Shown here: positions 52,399 through 62,394 of the stretch, piece after piece
Layout of the letters: every line of letters starts with the position of its first letter
Position numbering within the stretch: the stretch's first letter is position 1
Translations under genes and position numbers: made by a program
DNA from: an uncultured Pseudomonadales bacterium
Lineage (GTDB): Bacteria; Patescibacteriota; Microgenomatia; UBA1400; CAYXSR01
Direction: 5' to 3'
Assembly: GCA_964467735.1 (NCBI GenBank)
Contig: CAYXSR010000001.1
Location: 23,244 to 87,243, forward strand
DNA: 64,000 nucleotides
The notes under the pieces: model-generated
Databases searched by the model: none
Seen by the model: the letters and a program-made list of their open reading frames with translations, nothing else
Told to the model about the DNA's origin: nothing

Positions 52399-53189
52399 TC
52401 TCTGATTAATCTTGCTTTTATAATTCCCCTCTTTTGGTAGGTACCAGGAGGAACGCAAGTTATTAAACTCAAAACTTGTTCATCAAATTTCTGTTGAAGA
52501 ACTTCTATTTCTTCTGGATTCACTTCAAAATATTTTTCTACCTGATAAACAAATTGAATTCCATCAAAATCAAGATAGATTTTATCACCTTTTTCCAAAG
52601 TCGGGATTGTGGAAAAAATCGTTTTATAATCTTTCGGGTTGTAAAAAATTGGCAACACTGAATGTCCAAAAACAACTGAGTTCCCATATTCGCCAGGCAA
52701 AGCTGTTCCTGGATAATGAATTAATTTGCTTTTAATTTCTCCCCCCCCAATTTCTACAATTGCATCTCCAATATCTAACTTTGGGATAGAAAGAGTATAG
52801 TGGGTAATTTTACTTTCTCTTGGAGAAGGTAAGGAAGCACTCGGAAACCAATTGTTTATTTGTTCTAAATCAAGTCCTTCTGTTACTACAACATTATCTT
52901 CTTCTTTAGCTACAGCAATGCTTTTAGAAGATATTAAGGGATTTATAAACCCCTGAGCTTCGGCAACAGAAATATCGGCTATCGGACTAATGATTCTTCT
53001 TTGATTTTTTGAAAAAACCAAAAATCGATAACTAATAAAAGGATAAATTGTCAATAAAAGAAGAAACAAACCTCCTGTTATAAATAAAGGAGCTGTTTTT
53101 CGAAATAATTGTTGGATTGATATTGTCGCTATTAATCCTTCTTTTGTAGTTGATGGTTGTGCTTTAACGTAACAATAAATGGCAGACAT
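52395..53189 (-). CDS. sortase-family transpeptidase
   Basis: N-terminal TM anchor, catalytic His (VVFGHS), sortase signature LSLITCVPPGT (TLxTC) and downstream Arg (KARLI). Confidence 0.7.
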   Translation of the reverse strand: MSAIYCYVKAQPSTTKEGLIATISIQQLFRKTAPLFITGGLFLLLLTIYPFISYRFLVFSKNQRRIISPIADISVAEAQGFINPLISSKSIAVAKEEDNVVVTEGLDLEQINNWFPSASLPSPRESKITHYTLSIPKLDIGDAIVEIGGGEIKSKLIHYPGTALPGEYGNSVVFGHSVLPIFYNPKDYKTIFSTIPTLEKGDKIYLDFDGIQFVYQVEKYFEVNPEEIEVLQQKFDEQVLSLITCVPPGTYQKRGIIKARLIRE

Positions 53190-53190
53190 T

Positions 53191-55446
53191 TTAATCTGTT
53201 TTGATTTCTATATTAATATTTTTTAAATTATAAGGAATGTTTTTTCTAATTAATAATTTTTGAGGAGTTAATAAAATTTCTGCTTTACTAAAATTAGGTA
53301 AAGTTTTTAAATATGCTTCTGCTTCCACGGGTTTAAGTCCTTTTAAATTTTCTCTTATTTGTTCGATATTTAATCTAGGAATAAGCTTTATTTTTGCATC
53401 AGTTTGTAAAAATACTGTGTTTTTCTTAGTGCTAGTTTCTATAATCTCAAAATCTATTTGTGAATTATCAAAATCGTAGCCTTCTGGGATAGATTCAGCA
53501 AAAATATCTTTTAAGAGAGATGATAATTCTTTAGTTTCATAAACAAAACCGGTTAATTTTAATTTTAATTCCAAACTAATCTTGTCTGCCTCATCACCCT
53601 CTTGAGCAGAAAATTTTTTCTCTAGAACTTCTATTTCTTCAGATATAATTATTTGTTCTGATGAAGAAATCTTACTCTTAATTTCTTGTTTACCTTTTTC
53701 TATTAATTCGTCGGTAAGTTCTGCTAATAAATTCTCCATATCTTTCTCATCAACAGCTTTAATTTGTCTACTCATACCCCCACTCAAACCTTCATCAGTT
53801 TTAGCACTATATAATGATGATGGATATTCCTTAAAAGTAAAATCACTACCAGCAGATAAATTATATTCTGCACCAATAGAAGCAGCTACAACTTTAACTT
53901 GTTGTTTCCCATAAACAATATTTTCTCCTTCTTCGGTAGCCTCGCTTGATTTGGAAGCAACCGTTACTTCTTCGTCTAAAAGAAATTTCAAATCGTCGCC
54001 ACCAATTAAAACAGCTCCCTTATTAAAAACTTTCTCGGTATCTGTTTTATTGAAAATTGTTATCTCGCCTGTGGCTTTATCGCCAATAAGTTTTTCCCCA
54101 GTTGTTTCTTTTGACTTATTACCATTAACTTCTTCTTGCACTTCATTAGCTTTCAAAAAAAATGAATCATCCTCTATTTTTGATTCTGAGGCTAAAGTAA
54201 CTCCTATCTCTTTATCTAAATTTTTGGGGGAAACAAAAATTAATATTTTTGCTTTTGGTAGATACCAAAAAGTGGCAAAAGCCAAAATTGTCAAAAAACC
54301 TAAAAATAATAATAAAAGACTTAAGAACATAAATTTTTTCTTCCTATTTTTAAAAGAAAATGAAAACAATCTAAAAGAAGACAAAACTCTTTTTATTCCT
54401 CTTATAATTAACAGTGGGTTCAGGCTAAATTTCGTTTTCTCTAGATTTCTACCTGTTATTTGTATTTCTGGAGAAACCGAACGAAGATTATCTAATTCTT
54501 CTTTAGTTACCTTCTGTTCTGGTTCAACAGTGGGTAGTTCTTTACTATCTAAAATATCGCCTCCAACTTTGAATCCTAGTTCTTCTGCTCCGGTTATTGA
54601 TTCTGTCTGTTCTTGTTCTTCATCTGGTGTTTCTGAAGAAGTTTCTTCTTTTTCTTTTGTCAATTCTTTAGTCTCTTCCTCTACAATTTCAAAACCTAAA
54701 GATTTGGCTATTTCTGCTCCTCCAGCAACAACTACCGCTTTAACAGCAATATTTGACTCTAATGTTTCTATTTTAGGAAGATGTAAAAAATTGAGTTCCG
54801 CCTGCCAATCAAAAGAGATCAATTGTTGTTTAGCTTCTTCAAAGTCAACTATCCCATCAAAAACAATTATTCTAGCTGGAAAAGTTTTGTCTTTACCAAA
54901 ACGATTTAATCCTTCATTAACATCAGCAGCTAAATCTTCGCTCCTCCCAACTAACTGTGATTCTTTGATTCTTCCAAATTCTACCCAAAAAATTGTTGCT
55001 TGAGTCTCTTCTAAACCAACAAAAATTGCATTAACAGGAACGCCTTCTTCTTTTTTTAAATACTCTAAAAGAGCTTCTAAAGTAACTACAAAACCTAATG
55101 GTTTTAAAGCTAGCTTCTCACATAAAGATTTTAGTAAAAGCTTTTTACTCGCTATTATCTGAGAACCTGAAGTCCACTCTTGAGGTAAACCAAAAATGAT
55201 TGCTTTTGGCTCAGGATCAAGTCCTTCACCGGCACTACTGATTGTTTTATCAACTGCCTGAAGAAAAGATTCTTCACTTTCACCATCCCATTCTTCTGTA
55301 GAACTCAATTTTAAAGTTACTGTTTTCCCTTCTTTTACCGCCCAAACAGCAGATTTAACAGTTTCTTGAGCAATTTCTAAAGCAAAAAAAGTCTCTTGTT
55401 GTCCTTTCTTAGTTGCAAATCGAGAGATAATATTTTTCAATTCCAT
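53191..55446 (-). CDS. bitopic membrane protein: N-terminal cytoplasmic degenerate actin-like (ASKHA; PilM/FtsA/GspL-like) domain, acidic linker, single TM, large extracytoplasmic domain
   Basis: Residues about 15-250 show the actin-fold pattern: FALEIAQETVKSAVWAV for the first hairpin, ...LGFVVTLEALLEYL, GLEETQATIFWV in place of DxGxxxT, VVVAGGAEIAKSLG. TM at about residues 350-375 (FMFLSLLLLFLGFLTILAFATFWYL). About 375 aa outside. Confidence 0.45.
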   Translation of the reverse strand: MELKNIISRFATKKGQQETFFALEIAQETVKSAVWAVKEGKTVTLKLSSTEEWDGESEESFLQAVDKTISSAGEGLDPEPKAIIFGLPQEWTSGSQIIASKKLLLKSLCEKLALKPLGFVVTLEALLEYLKKEEGVPVNAIFVGLEETQATIFWVEFGRIKESQLVGRSEDLAADVNEGLNRFGKDKTFPARIIVFDGIVDFEEAKQQLISFDWQAELNFLHLPKIETLESNIAVKAVVVAGGAEIAKSLGFEIVEEETKELTKEKEETSSETPDEEQEQTESITGAEELGFKVGGDILDSKELPTVEPEQKVTKEELDNLRSVSPEIQITGRNLEKTKFSLNPLLIIRGIKRVLSSFRLFSFSFKNRKKKFMFLSLLLLFLGFLTILAFATFWYLPKAKILIFVSPKNLDKEIGVTLASESKIEDDSFFLKANEVQEEVNGNKSKETTGEKLIGDKATGEITIFNKTDTEKVFNKGAVLIGGDDLKFLLDEEVTVASKSSEATEEGENIVYGKQQVKVVAASIGAEYNLSAGSDFTFKEYPSSLYSAKTDEGLSGGMSRQIKAVDEKDMENLLAELTDELIEKGKQEIKSKISSSEQIIISEEIEVLEKKFSAQEGDEADKISLELKLKLTGFVYETKELSSLLKDIFAESIPEGYDFDNSQIDFEIIETSTKKNTVFLQTDAKIKLIPRLNIEQIRENLKGLKPVEAEAYLKTLPNFSKAEILLTPQKLLIRKNIPYNLKNINIEIKTD

Positions 55447-55460
55447 TTTGGGCAGTTAAG

Positions 55461-57299
55461 TTATTTTAATACAGCATAAATCCGACGCTTATTGGCGCCG
55501 CTTGATTCTTCTTTTATTATTTTAAAAGTTCCTAGCTGTCCTGTAAAGTCAACATGAGGACCACCACAAACTTCCTTTGAAAAAATTTTATCTACATCTT
55601 TTGAAGATTTGCCAATTGAAAAAACTTTTACCTTTTCTGGATATTTTTGACCAAAAAAAGCCAAAGCTCCTTGCTTTTGGGCATCTTTTAAGGACATCAC
55701 TCTACATTCTACTTTCAAATTATTTTTAATTTGTTCATTAACTAAAGTCTCTATCTTCTCCTTTTGCTCCTGAGTTAGTTTTTCAGGATGAATAAAATCA
55801 AAACGCAACCTTTCGGTTGTGATATTAGAACCTATTTGCTGGATATGTTTACCAAGCACCTGTCTTAAGGCCGCATGAAGCATATGAGTAGCAGTATGGA
55901 GTTTAACTACTTGAGTTGATTGGTCTTGTAATCCACCAGAAAATTTCTGCTTCATGCCTTTCCGAGAAATCTCTTGATGGTTCTTCATCTTCTGATTAAA
56001 TTCTTTTAAGACCTTAGCTCGATCAAAGGAAAATTTCCTTTTCTTTGCTTCCTCAAAACTTAATTCAATAGGAAAACCATAACTTTCATAAAGAAAAAAA
56101 GCAGTTTGACCATCAAAAACCTTTATTTTTTCAAATTCGCTTAAACCTTTATTAATTGTCCAAAGAAATTTTTCTTCCTCTTCTGTGATAACTTTACTAA
56201 TTTGAACTTGTTTTTCTTTTAATTCCTTATAAGTATCCCAATAAATACTTAAGAAATTTGCTGATAAAAGTTCTACACATAGCTGCTGAATACCTAAATT
56301 ATGTTTAGCATAAAAAATAGCGCGCCGTAAAAGTCTTCTAAGAATATAACCACGATCTTTATTAGAAGGTTCTACCCCATCAATAATCATAAAAATAATT
56401 GCTCTTAAATGATCAGCAATAATTCGAAATTCTAACTGATAGTTTTGATAACTTTTACCTGATTGCTTCTCTAATTTATTAATCACAGGAGAAAATAAAT
56501 GTGTCAAAAATGGATCTGGTTCTTTTATTTTGCCATCTAGCCACTCTGTTAAAGCAACTACTCTTTCTAATCCCATACCCGTATCAACGTTTTTTTGCTT
56601 TAAAGGTTGAAAAGAATTTTCTCCAGTTTTGTTATATTCCATAAATACATCATTCCAAATCTCCACCATCCGACCACAATCACAGTTAGGATGACACTTA
56701 CCCGAACATTTTCCTTTCCAAGATTTGCCAGTATCATAAAACATTTCTGTACTTGGACCACAAGGACCGGTTTGACCAGCTGGTCCCCACCAGTTTTGTT
56801 TTTTAGGATAAACGAAAATTCTTTGATCCAATTGAGCCTTTACTCCTCTTTTTCTAAAAACTTCTTGCCAAATAGCAATTGACTCCTCATCCCTATGAGC
56901 ATCTTTATCTCCCTTAAAAACTGAGATGTAAATTTTTTCTGGATTTAAACCTAACCATTTTTTATTAGTTAAAAATTCAAAAGACCATTCAATCGCTTCT
57001 TTTTTAAAATAATCACCTAAGCTCCAATTACCTAACATTTCAAAAAAAGTAAAATGAGTCAAATCACCTACTTCTTCAATATCATCTACTCGAACACATT
57101 TTTGGACTGAGCATAATCTTTTACCTAAAGGATGAGACTCACCCATTAAATAACGTACCAAAGGACTCATTCCTGCTGGAGTGAATAAAATTGTCGGATC
57201 ATCCTCGGGAATTAAAGACACTGATGGAATTTGCTTATGACTTCTTGGAGACTCAGTAAAAAAATCAATATATTTCTGTCTTAACTCATTTGCTTTCAT
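55461..57299 (-). CDS. alaS: alanine--tRNA ligase, short form (catalytic + tRNA-binding + editing domains; no C-Ala domain)
   Basis: FTPAGM, HFTFFEMLGNWSLGDYFK, editing-domain HTATHMLH and CGGPHV. Only about 612 aa. Confidence 0.85.
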   Translation of the reverse strand: MKANELRQKYIDFFTESPRSHKQIPSVSLIPEDDPTILFTPAGMSPLVRYLMGESHPLGKRLCSVQKCVRVDDIEEVGDLTHFTFFEMLGNWSLGDYFKKEAIEWSFEFLTNKKWLGLNPEKIYISVFKGDKDAHRDEESIAIWQEVFRKRGVKAQLDQRIFVYPKKQNWWGPAGQTGPCGPSTEMFYDTGKSWKGKCSGKCHPNCDCGRMVEIWNDVFMEYNKTGENSFQPLKQKNVDTGMGLERVVALTEWLDGKIKEPDPFLTHLFSPVINKLEKQSGKSYQNYQLEFRIIADHLRAIIFMIIDGVEPSNKDRGYILRRLLRRAIFYAKHNLGIQQLCVELLSANFLSIYWDTYKELKEKQVQISKVITEEEEKFLWTINKGLSEFEKIKVFDGQTAFFLYESYGFPIELSFEEAKKRKFSFDRAKVLKEFNQKMKNHQEISRKGMKQKFSGGLQDQSTQVVKLHTATHMLHAALRQVLGKHIQQIGSNITTERLRFDFIHPEKLTQEQKEKIETLVNEQIKNNLKVECRVMSLKDAQKQGALAFFGQKYPEKVKVFSIGKSSKDVDKIFSKEVCGGPHVDFTGQLGTFKIIKEESSGANKRRIYAVLK

Positions 57300-57359
57300 A
57301 TGAAGAAATTTTAGCAAATAAGGCCAGAAATTAAAAGAAGATTATGATTTACTAAAAAT

Positions 57360-57632
57360 TTACTTTCTTCTTTGTTTTTCTACAGAAATTGTACACTCTG
57401 TAACTAAAGCGGCAATCGCCCCAACCGCTGCTAATACCGGTGCTACTACTGCTCCAACAACTCCAATACTTAAAGGAAAATTAATCAATGTTTTTCCTTT
57501 TTTATCCTTAATGGTAATTTTTCTTACATTACCTTCTTTGATTAACTCTTTTACTTTCTTTACCAATTCTTCACCTTTAACTCTAAATGTTTCTTTATCT
57601 ATTTTTATCCCTTCTTTTTTACATCTAGTCAT
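57360..57632 (-). CDS. DUF4342-family small membrane protein
   Basis: EGNVRKITIKDKKGKTLINFPLSIGVVGAVVAPVLAAVGAIAALV pattern. Confidence 0.5.
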   Translation of the reverse strand: MTRCKKEGIKIDKETFRVKGEELVKKVKELIKEGNVRKITIKDKKGKTLINFPLSIGVVGAVVAPVLAAVGAIAALVTECTISVEKQRRK

Positions 57633-57654
57633 TTTTACCTCCTTTTAAAAAATA

Positions 57655-57966
57655 TTATCTTTTTAAAACTTTACCATTTTTAACAAAAAATTTTTTGACT
57701 CTTATCACTTTTTTGGCAACTTTTTCTTTTAGACTATTACCATCTTTTTTTGGCGCTTCCAATAATTCTTTTTTACCTTCATTGAATAGATCTTCCAATT
57801 CTTCCCAAAGGTTTTTTCCTTCTTTAAAAAGCTTTTTCTTTAATTTTTTTCCTTTTTCTGTTCTAAGAAAAAAATTAGATACCCCACCAAGCACTACACC
57901 AACAACCAATCCCGTTAAGAATCCATTATCTTTGGAACTTTCACTCTCTGGATTATTCTGCTCCAT
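57655..57966 (-). CDS. YtxH-like protein
   Basis: GFLTGLVVGVVLGG N-terminal helix followed by coiled coil. Confidence 0.5.
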   Translation of the reverse strand: MEQNNPESESSKDNGFLTGLVVGVVLGGVSNFFLRTEKGKKLKKKLFKEGKNLWEELEDLFNEGKKELLEAPKKDGNSLKEKVAKKVIRVKKFFVKNGKVLKR

Positions 57967-58219
57967 TTTTAAAAAGCTCAGAAATTGATTTAAAAGTTTT
58001 TATTCCTCTTTTTAAACCTGCTAAAAAAGTTGAAGCTTCTTCTATGGGCTCACTAATCATGTGACTAACTTTTTTTAAATCTTGAAGCATATTATTAACA
58101 TTAGTTAAACTCTGTCGTAATTCTCTTAATACTTTAAAAACTTCTATACCAATAATTGTCAATACTGAGGTAAGAATTGTTATTACAATAATAAGAAGAA
58201 TTTGGACAGCATCAATCAT
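57953..58219 (-). CDS. DUF948 (YtxG-like) membrane protein
   Basis: N-terminal TM followed by coiled coil. Clustered with YtxH-like as in the Firmicutes ytxGHJ locus. Confidence 0.45.
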   Translation of the reverse strand: MIDAVQILLIIVITILTSVLTIIGIEVFKVLRELRQSLTNVNNMLQDLKKVSHMISEPIEEASTFLAGLKRGIKTFKSISELFKNGAE

Positions 58220-58267
58220 AAAAATAAAAATTAACTTTTATTACTTGTTAATAAAATGATGTAATAT

Positions 58268-58954
58268 CTAGTCGCTGTTGTCAACTAGTTCAACTTTTCT
58301 ATTAATAATTTTTTTCTTATCGTGACGATTTACTGCACTAACAACAATCACATTTTCCCCAGGAAAAAGTTTAAATTGATAATTAAATCTACCTTCATCA
58401 TCAACATTAATTAATTTATCATTTATAAAAATCGATGTTTCTTTTTTAGTCTGGCCACTTATACTAATTTTCTCTTGAGTAAATTTTTCTCCTTCTTTTG
58501 GTTGATCTAACTTCAGCATCGGTAGACCATAAAAAGTCTTTAATTGAACAATAATGTAAAAAATTAGCAATAAAAAAATAAGAGCACATATTCCAATAAT
58601 TCCAGTTTTTGGTATCCAGAATTTTTCTTGCCAGTTTTTAAGAAAACTTTTTGGGATGACTTTTTCATCGTTATCTTTTCTTTTCGCATCGCGTCGAAAT
58701 ATTGCCACCATCCTTTTAGGATCTAGTCCTAAAAAATCGCTATAAATTTTTATAAACCCTTCTATAAATGGTGCAGATGGTAGTTTAGAAAAATCGTTTT
58801 GCTCTAAAGCAATCAAGGTTTTCAAAGGAATTAAAGTCTTCCTTTGAACCTCTTGTAGTCTTTTCTTTTTTTTAATTCTTTCTTTTTTTAAAATCTCAGC
58901 AAGGGTTTTCATCTTAAATTCATTGCTCTGTGGCAGAAGGGTTTTCTTCTTCAC
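58268..58954 (-). CDS. RodZ-like protein (N-terminal HTH, TM, C-terminal DUF4115-like domain)
   Basis: HTH LKTLAEILKKERIKKKKRLQEV, single TM at about residue 130. Confidence 0.55.
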   Translation of the reverse strand: MKKKTLLPQSNEFKMKTLAEILKKERIKKKKRLQEVQRKTLIPLKTLIALEQNDFSKLPSAPFIEGFIKIYSDFLGLDPKRMVAIFRRDAKRKDNDEKVIPKSFLKNWQEKFWIPKTGIIGICALIFLLLIFYIIVQLKTFYGLPMLKLDQPKEGEKFTQEKISISGQTKKETSIFINDKLINVDDEGRFNYQFKLFPGENVIVVSAVNRHDKKKIINRKVELVDNSD

Positions 58955-61019
58955 TTCTTAAAACTTCACTAGCATTGGAGATAAGAACATCTCTAGGTTT
59001 AGAGCCTTCCGAGGGGCCAACAATTCCAGCAGATTCTAATTGATCAAGAATCCTAGCTGCTCTAGCATAACCAATAGAAAGTTTTCTTTGTAATAAAGAC
59101 GCGGATGCTTTTTTATTTTGACAAACTATCTTTATTGCCTCATCAAAAAATTCATCTGTTTCTTCTGTTTGTAGAGTACCGCTAGCAACTTTATTCGCAT
59201 GATACTTGTTAGTTACTTCTTCTGTATATTGCGGTTCTATACCTGTTTGTTTGAGAAAATCAATAACTGCTTTTATTTCTCCATCAGAAACATAAGCTCC
59301 TTGAATTCTTGATGGTTTTGCTTGTTCTGGAGGAATATAAAGCATGTCTCCTCTCCCTAATAACTTTTCAGCTCCAGGAGCATCAATAATAACTCTTGAA
59401 TCAATCATCGAAGAAACATTAAAAGCAATCCTTGCTGGAATATTTGCCTTAATTAAGCCAGTAATAACGTCAACTGAAGGACGCTGAGTTGACAAAACTA
59501 AATGGATACCAGTTGCTCTTGCCATTTGGGCAAGTCTAGTAATTGTATCTTCAACTTCTGATGGGGAATAAAGAATAACATCGGCTAATTCATCAATAAT
59601 TATTACTAAATACGGAAGCAATTGAATTCCAGAAATCTCATTATAACTTTCAATATTTCTTGCTCCTGCTTCAGCAAACATTTTGTAACGTCGTTCCATT
59701 TCAGCAATTGTCCATTTTAAGGCAGAAACAACTTTCTCTGGTTCGACAATAACCGGAGTTAAAAGATGAGGAATACCATTATATTGAGTTAATTCTACTC
59801 TTTTTGGATCAACTAAAATTAGTTTTACTTCACTTGGAGAAGTCCTAAAAAGAACAGTTGTTATAAAATTATTAATCGAAACTGACTTTCCAGACCCTGT
59901 AGCTCCCGCCACAAGGATGTGAGGCATTTTCGCTAAATCAGCCACTACCGGTTTCCCAGAAACATCTAGTCCTAAACCGATCGCTAATTTTGACTTTGTT
60001 TTTTTCATTTCTGACGAAGCTAGCATTCTTTTCAAAGTAACCACTTCTAAGGAATGATTTGGTACTTCAATACCAACTAGAGACCTTCCTGGAATTGGTG
60101 CTTCAATTCTGATCTGTCCTGTGGGAGCAGCTAAAGCTAATGCTAAATCATTAGATAAGGCAGTAATTTTGGAAAGTTTTGTACCTAAAGAAATTTCTAA
60201 AGCATATTGAGTAACTGCCGGACCACCATTAACTTCTGCCACTTTTGCTTGAATCCCAAAGCTTTCTAATGTTTTCTCAATAACATTTGCGTTTCTTTTT
60301 ACATCTCCTCTATCTGCCTCACTTCCAATTACATCTGTCAAAATATCTAAAGGGGGATATTGCCAAACTTTTTGTTGAACATTAGATAAACTGCTTATTG
60401 TCGAAGAAGGAAGAGAAAAGTCTTTTTCATTTTTAGATTTATTATCTCTCATTTTATTCTTACCTTTTGTCTCCATAGATGATTCTATATTTTTATTATT
60501 AGTTACTTGAATCTGCATTAATTTCCTGGAAGAAGATAAATTCTTCTTTAAAAATGAAATAAGAGACTTAAAAAAGAAAACAATATCTTCAAAAGAAGTC
60601 TCGAATAAAACTGTTATTCCAATAAAAACTGAACCTAAAAGAACAATAAAAGCACCAACTGATGTTATCAAACCAGCAATTCCTTGCCAAATCTGCAAAC
60701 CGATAATTCCACTCCTGCTTAAACCAATAAGAGAAAATAATAATAATAAAGCACCAATAAAAACATTCATCCGGGCCAGTTTTCCCGAAAAGCGAGCAAA
60801 CATTGAACCACTAATAATGGCTACGAATGGTAGAATTATTGTTCCCCAACCAAAGAATTTAATCAAAAGGTCATTAAGAAAAATCAATAATTCGCCTTTT
60901 TGAGCAAAAGAAATCATTACCAACCCGGCAAAAATAAATGAAAGAGTACTTAATACTGAAAAAACAGTCCCTCTTTTAAGACGATATTTTATTTTTCTTT
61001 TTCTTCCTCGTCTTCCCAT
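58920..61019 (-). CDS. ftsK: DNA translocase FtsK/SpoIIIE
   Basis: N-terminal 4-TM region, motor with VAGATGSGKS Walker A, C-terminal winged-helix gamma domain. Confidence 0.9.
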   Translation of the reverse strand: MGRRGRKRKIKYRLKRGTVFSVLSTLSFIFAGLVMISFAQKGELLIFLNDLLIKFFGWGTIILPFVAIISGSMFARFSGKLARMNVFIGALLLLFSLIGLSRSGIIGLQIWQGIAGLITSVGAFIVLLGSVFIGITVLFETSFEDIVFFFKSLISFLKKNLSSSRKLMQIQVTNNKNIESSMETKGKNKMRDNKSKNEKDFSLPSSTISSLSNVQQKVWQYPPLDILTDVIGSEADRGDVKRNANVIEKTLESFGIQAKVAEVNGGPAVTQYALEISLGTKLSKITALSNDLALALAAPTGQIRIEAPIPGRSLVGIEVPNHSLEVVTLKRMLASSEMKKTKSKLAIGLGLDVSGKPVVADLAKMPHILVAGATGSGKSVSINNFITTVLFRTSPSEVKLILVDPKRVELTQYNGIPHLLTPVIVEPEKVVSALKWTIAEMERRYKMFAEAGARNIESYNEISGIQLLPYLVIIIDELADVILYSPSEVEDTITRLAQMARATGIHLVLSTQRPSVDVITGLIKANIPARIAFNVSSMIDSRVIIDAPGAEKLLGRGDMLYIPPEQAKPSRIQGAYVSDGEIKAVIDFLKQTGIEPQYTEEVTNKYHANKVASGTLQTEETDEFFDEAIKIVCQNKKASASLLQRKLSIGYARAARILDQLESAGIVGPSEGSKPRDVLISNASEVLRSEEENPSATEQ

Positions 61020-61053
61020 ATTTTCTCCTGAAAATTATAAAAAGGAGTCAAAT

Positions 61054-62388
61054 TTATTTTACTATAAATTTTCCTCTGTTTAAAAATTCTAATCTTTTAC
61101 CCTCCTCTAATAAAATTACATCTCTCTCCTGATATCCCATTTTTTGAGCTATCTTACTGTAGGAATACATATGTCGATAATCTCCTCCTATAGGAAGTAA
61201 ATATTTTGCTTTTATCAAAAACAAAAGCATTCTAATATCACCACTGGCACCATGTCCCGAAACATAAAGATTTTCTTGAGTTTCATAATAATGAATATTC
61301 ACTTTTCTCTTTGATAAATTATCGATTAATGTATTGACATCAATAATAACTCCCGGAGGAGAAGGATCAGCAGAAAATATTACCGTATCACCCATACCTA
61401 ATTTAACAAGTCTATGTTTGTCTCGACTAATTCTGTCTAAAGCTGAACCTTTTTGACCGTAACTTCCGGCAGCAATAACGGTAATTTTGTTTCTGGCTGA
61501 TTTCTTAATTCTAAAAGGCTTAATGAAATGTTTTTTTAGAGAATGGAAATAACCTAATTTTCTGCCAATCTCTACTGACTGTTCCATTGACTTTCCTAAA
61601 AATACTATTTTACGACCAGTATTAATTGAAGCAACTACTGCTTGCTTAATACGAGAAATATTGGAGGTTACGGTAGTAACTAATACTAATCCTTTTGCTT
61701 TGTGCATAATATTAGTAAAATTCTCTTCAATATTTGCTTCTGATTTCGTGTAACCTGTTTTTGTTGATCCTAAACAATCAGAAAGAAGTAATAGTGGCGG
61801 CTGTTTTCTACTAAGAAAAGCAACTTGATGGATATCAAACGGCCGATCATCAAATGGGGTAAAATCAAATTTATAATCAGCAACATGAAAAATATTTCCT
61901 ATTGGACTTTCAATAAAAAGACCTAAGCTTTCCGGAACTGAATGATTAATATGAAAAGCAGTCACTTTAAAGTCTCTAAAGAAAATTGTCGATCTTTTTT
62001 CGGTAAAATTAATAAATTCTAAGTTTTTAAGCGATAGACCAAAATCCTCTACTTTTGATTTAATAAACTCCTCAGCTAACTTAGAACTAAAAATAGGAAT
62101 ACTAGCATTACTTTTAGAAAAAAAGTGGGGAATTGCTCCATAATGATCAAAGTGGGCATGAGTAACAAAAAGCCCTTTTATTTTATGTCTTCTTTTAAGA
62201 AGATAACTAAAATCTGGGATGAAAAGTTCTTCTTGATTGGCATTCGGTTCATCGGGAAATCCTATTCCACAATCAACAATAATTATTTCTTTTTCTGTTT
62301 CGTAAACAAACATATTTTTTGTTACCGCTCCCACACCACCTAAGGGAATTATTTTTAACTTATTCATTGGTTTTTTAAAATCTTTCAT
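61054..62388 (-). CDS. rnj: ribonuclease J-like (metallo-beta-lactamase + beta-CASP), lacking the C-terminal domain
   Basis: IIPLGGVGAVTKNMFV, HAHFDHYGAIP. 444 aa. Confidence 0.75.
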   Translation of the reverse strand: MKDFKKPMNKLKIIPLGGVGAVTKNMFVYETEKEIIIVDCGIGFPDEPNANQEELFIPDFSYLLKRRHKIKGLFVTHAHFDHYGAIPHFFSKSNASIPIFSSKLAEEFIKSKVEDFGLSLKNLEFINFTEKRSTIFFRDFKVTAFHINHSVPESLGLFIESPIGNIFHVADYKFDFTPFDDRPFDIHQVAFLSRKQPPLLLLSDCLGSTKTGYTKSEANIEENFTNIMHKAKGLVLVTTVTSNISRIKQAVVASINTGRKIVFLGKSMEQSVEIGRKLGYFHSLKKHFIKPFRIKKSARNKITVIAAGSYGQKGSALDRISRDKHRLVKLGMGDTVIFSADPSPPGVIIDVNTLIDNLSKRKVNIHYYETQENLYVSGHGASGDIRMLLFLIKAKYLLPIGGDYRHMYSYSKIAQKMGYQERDVILLEEGKRLEFLNRGKFIVK

Positions 62389-62394
62389 AAACTT

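Noticed and set aside
53951-55003. 350-aa plus-strand ORF, Ser/Leu/Phe-rich low-complexity
   Set aside because: It lies entirely antisense to the 751-aa membrane protein gene. The composition is what the reverse complement of Glu/Lys-rich coding sequence produces. No start context.
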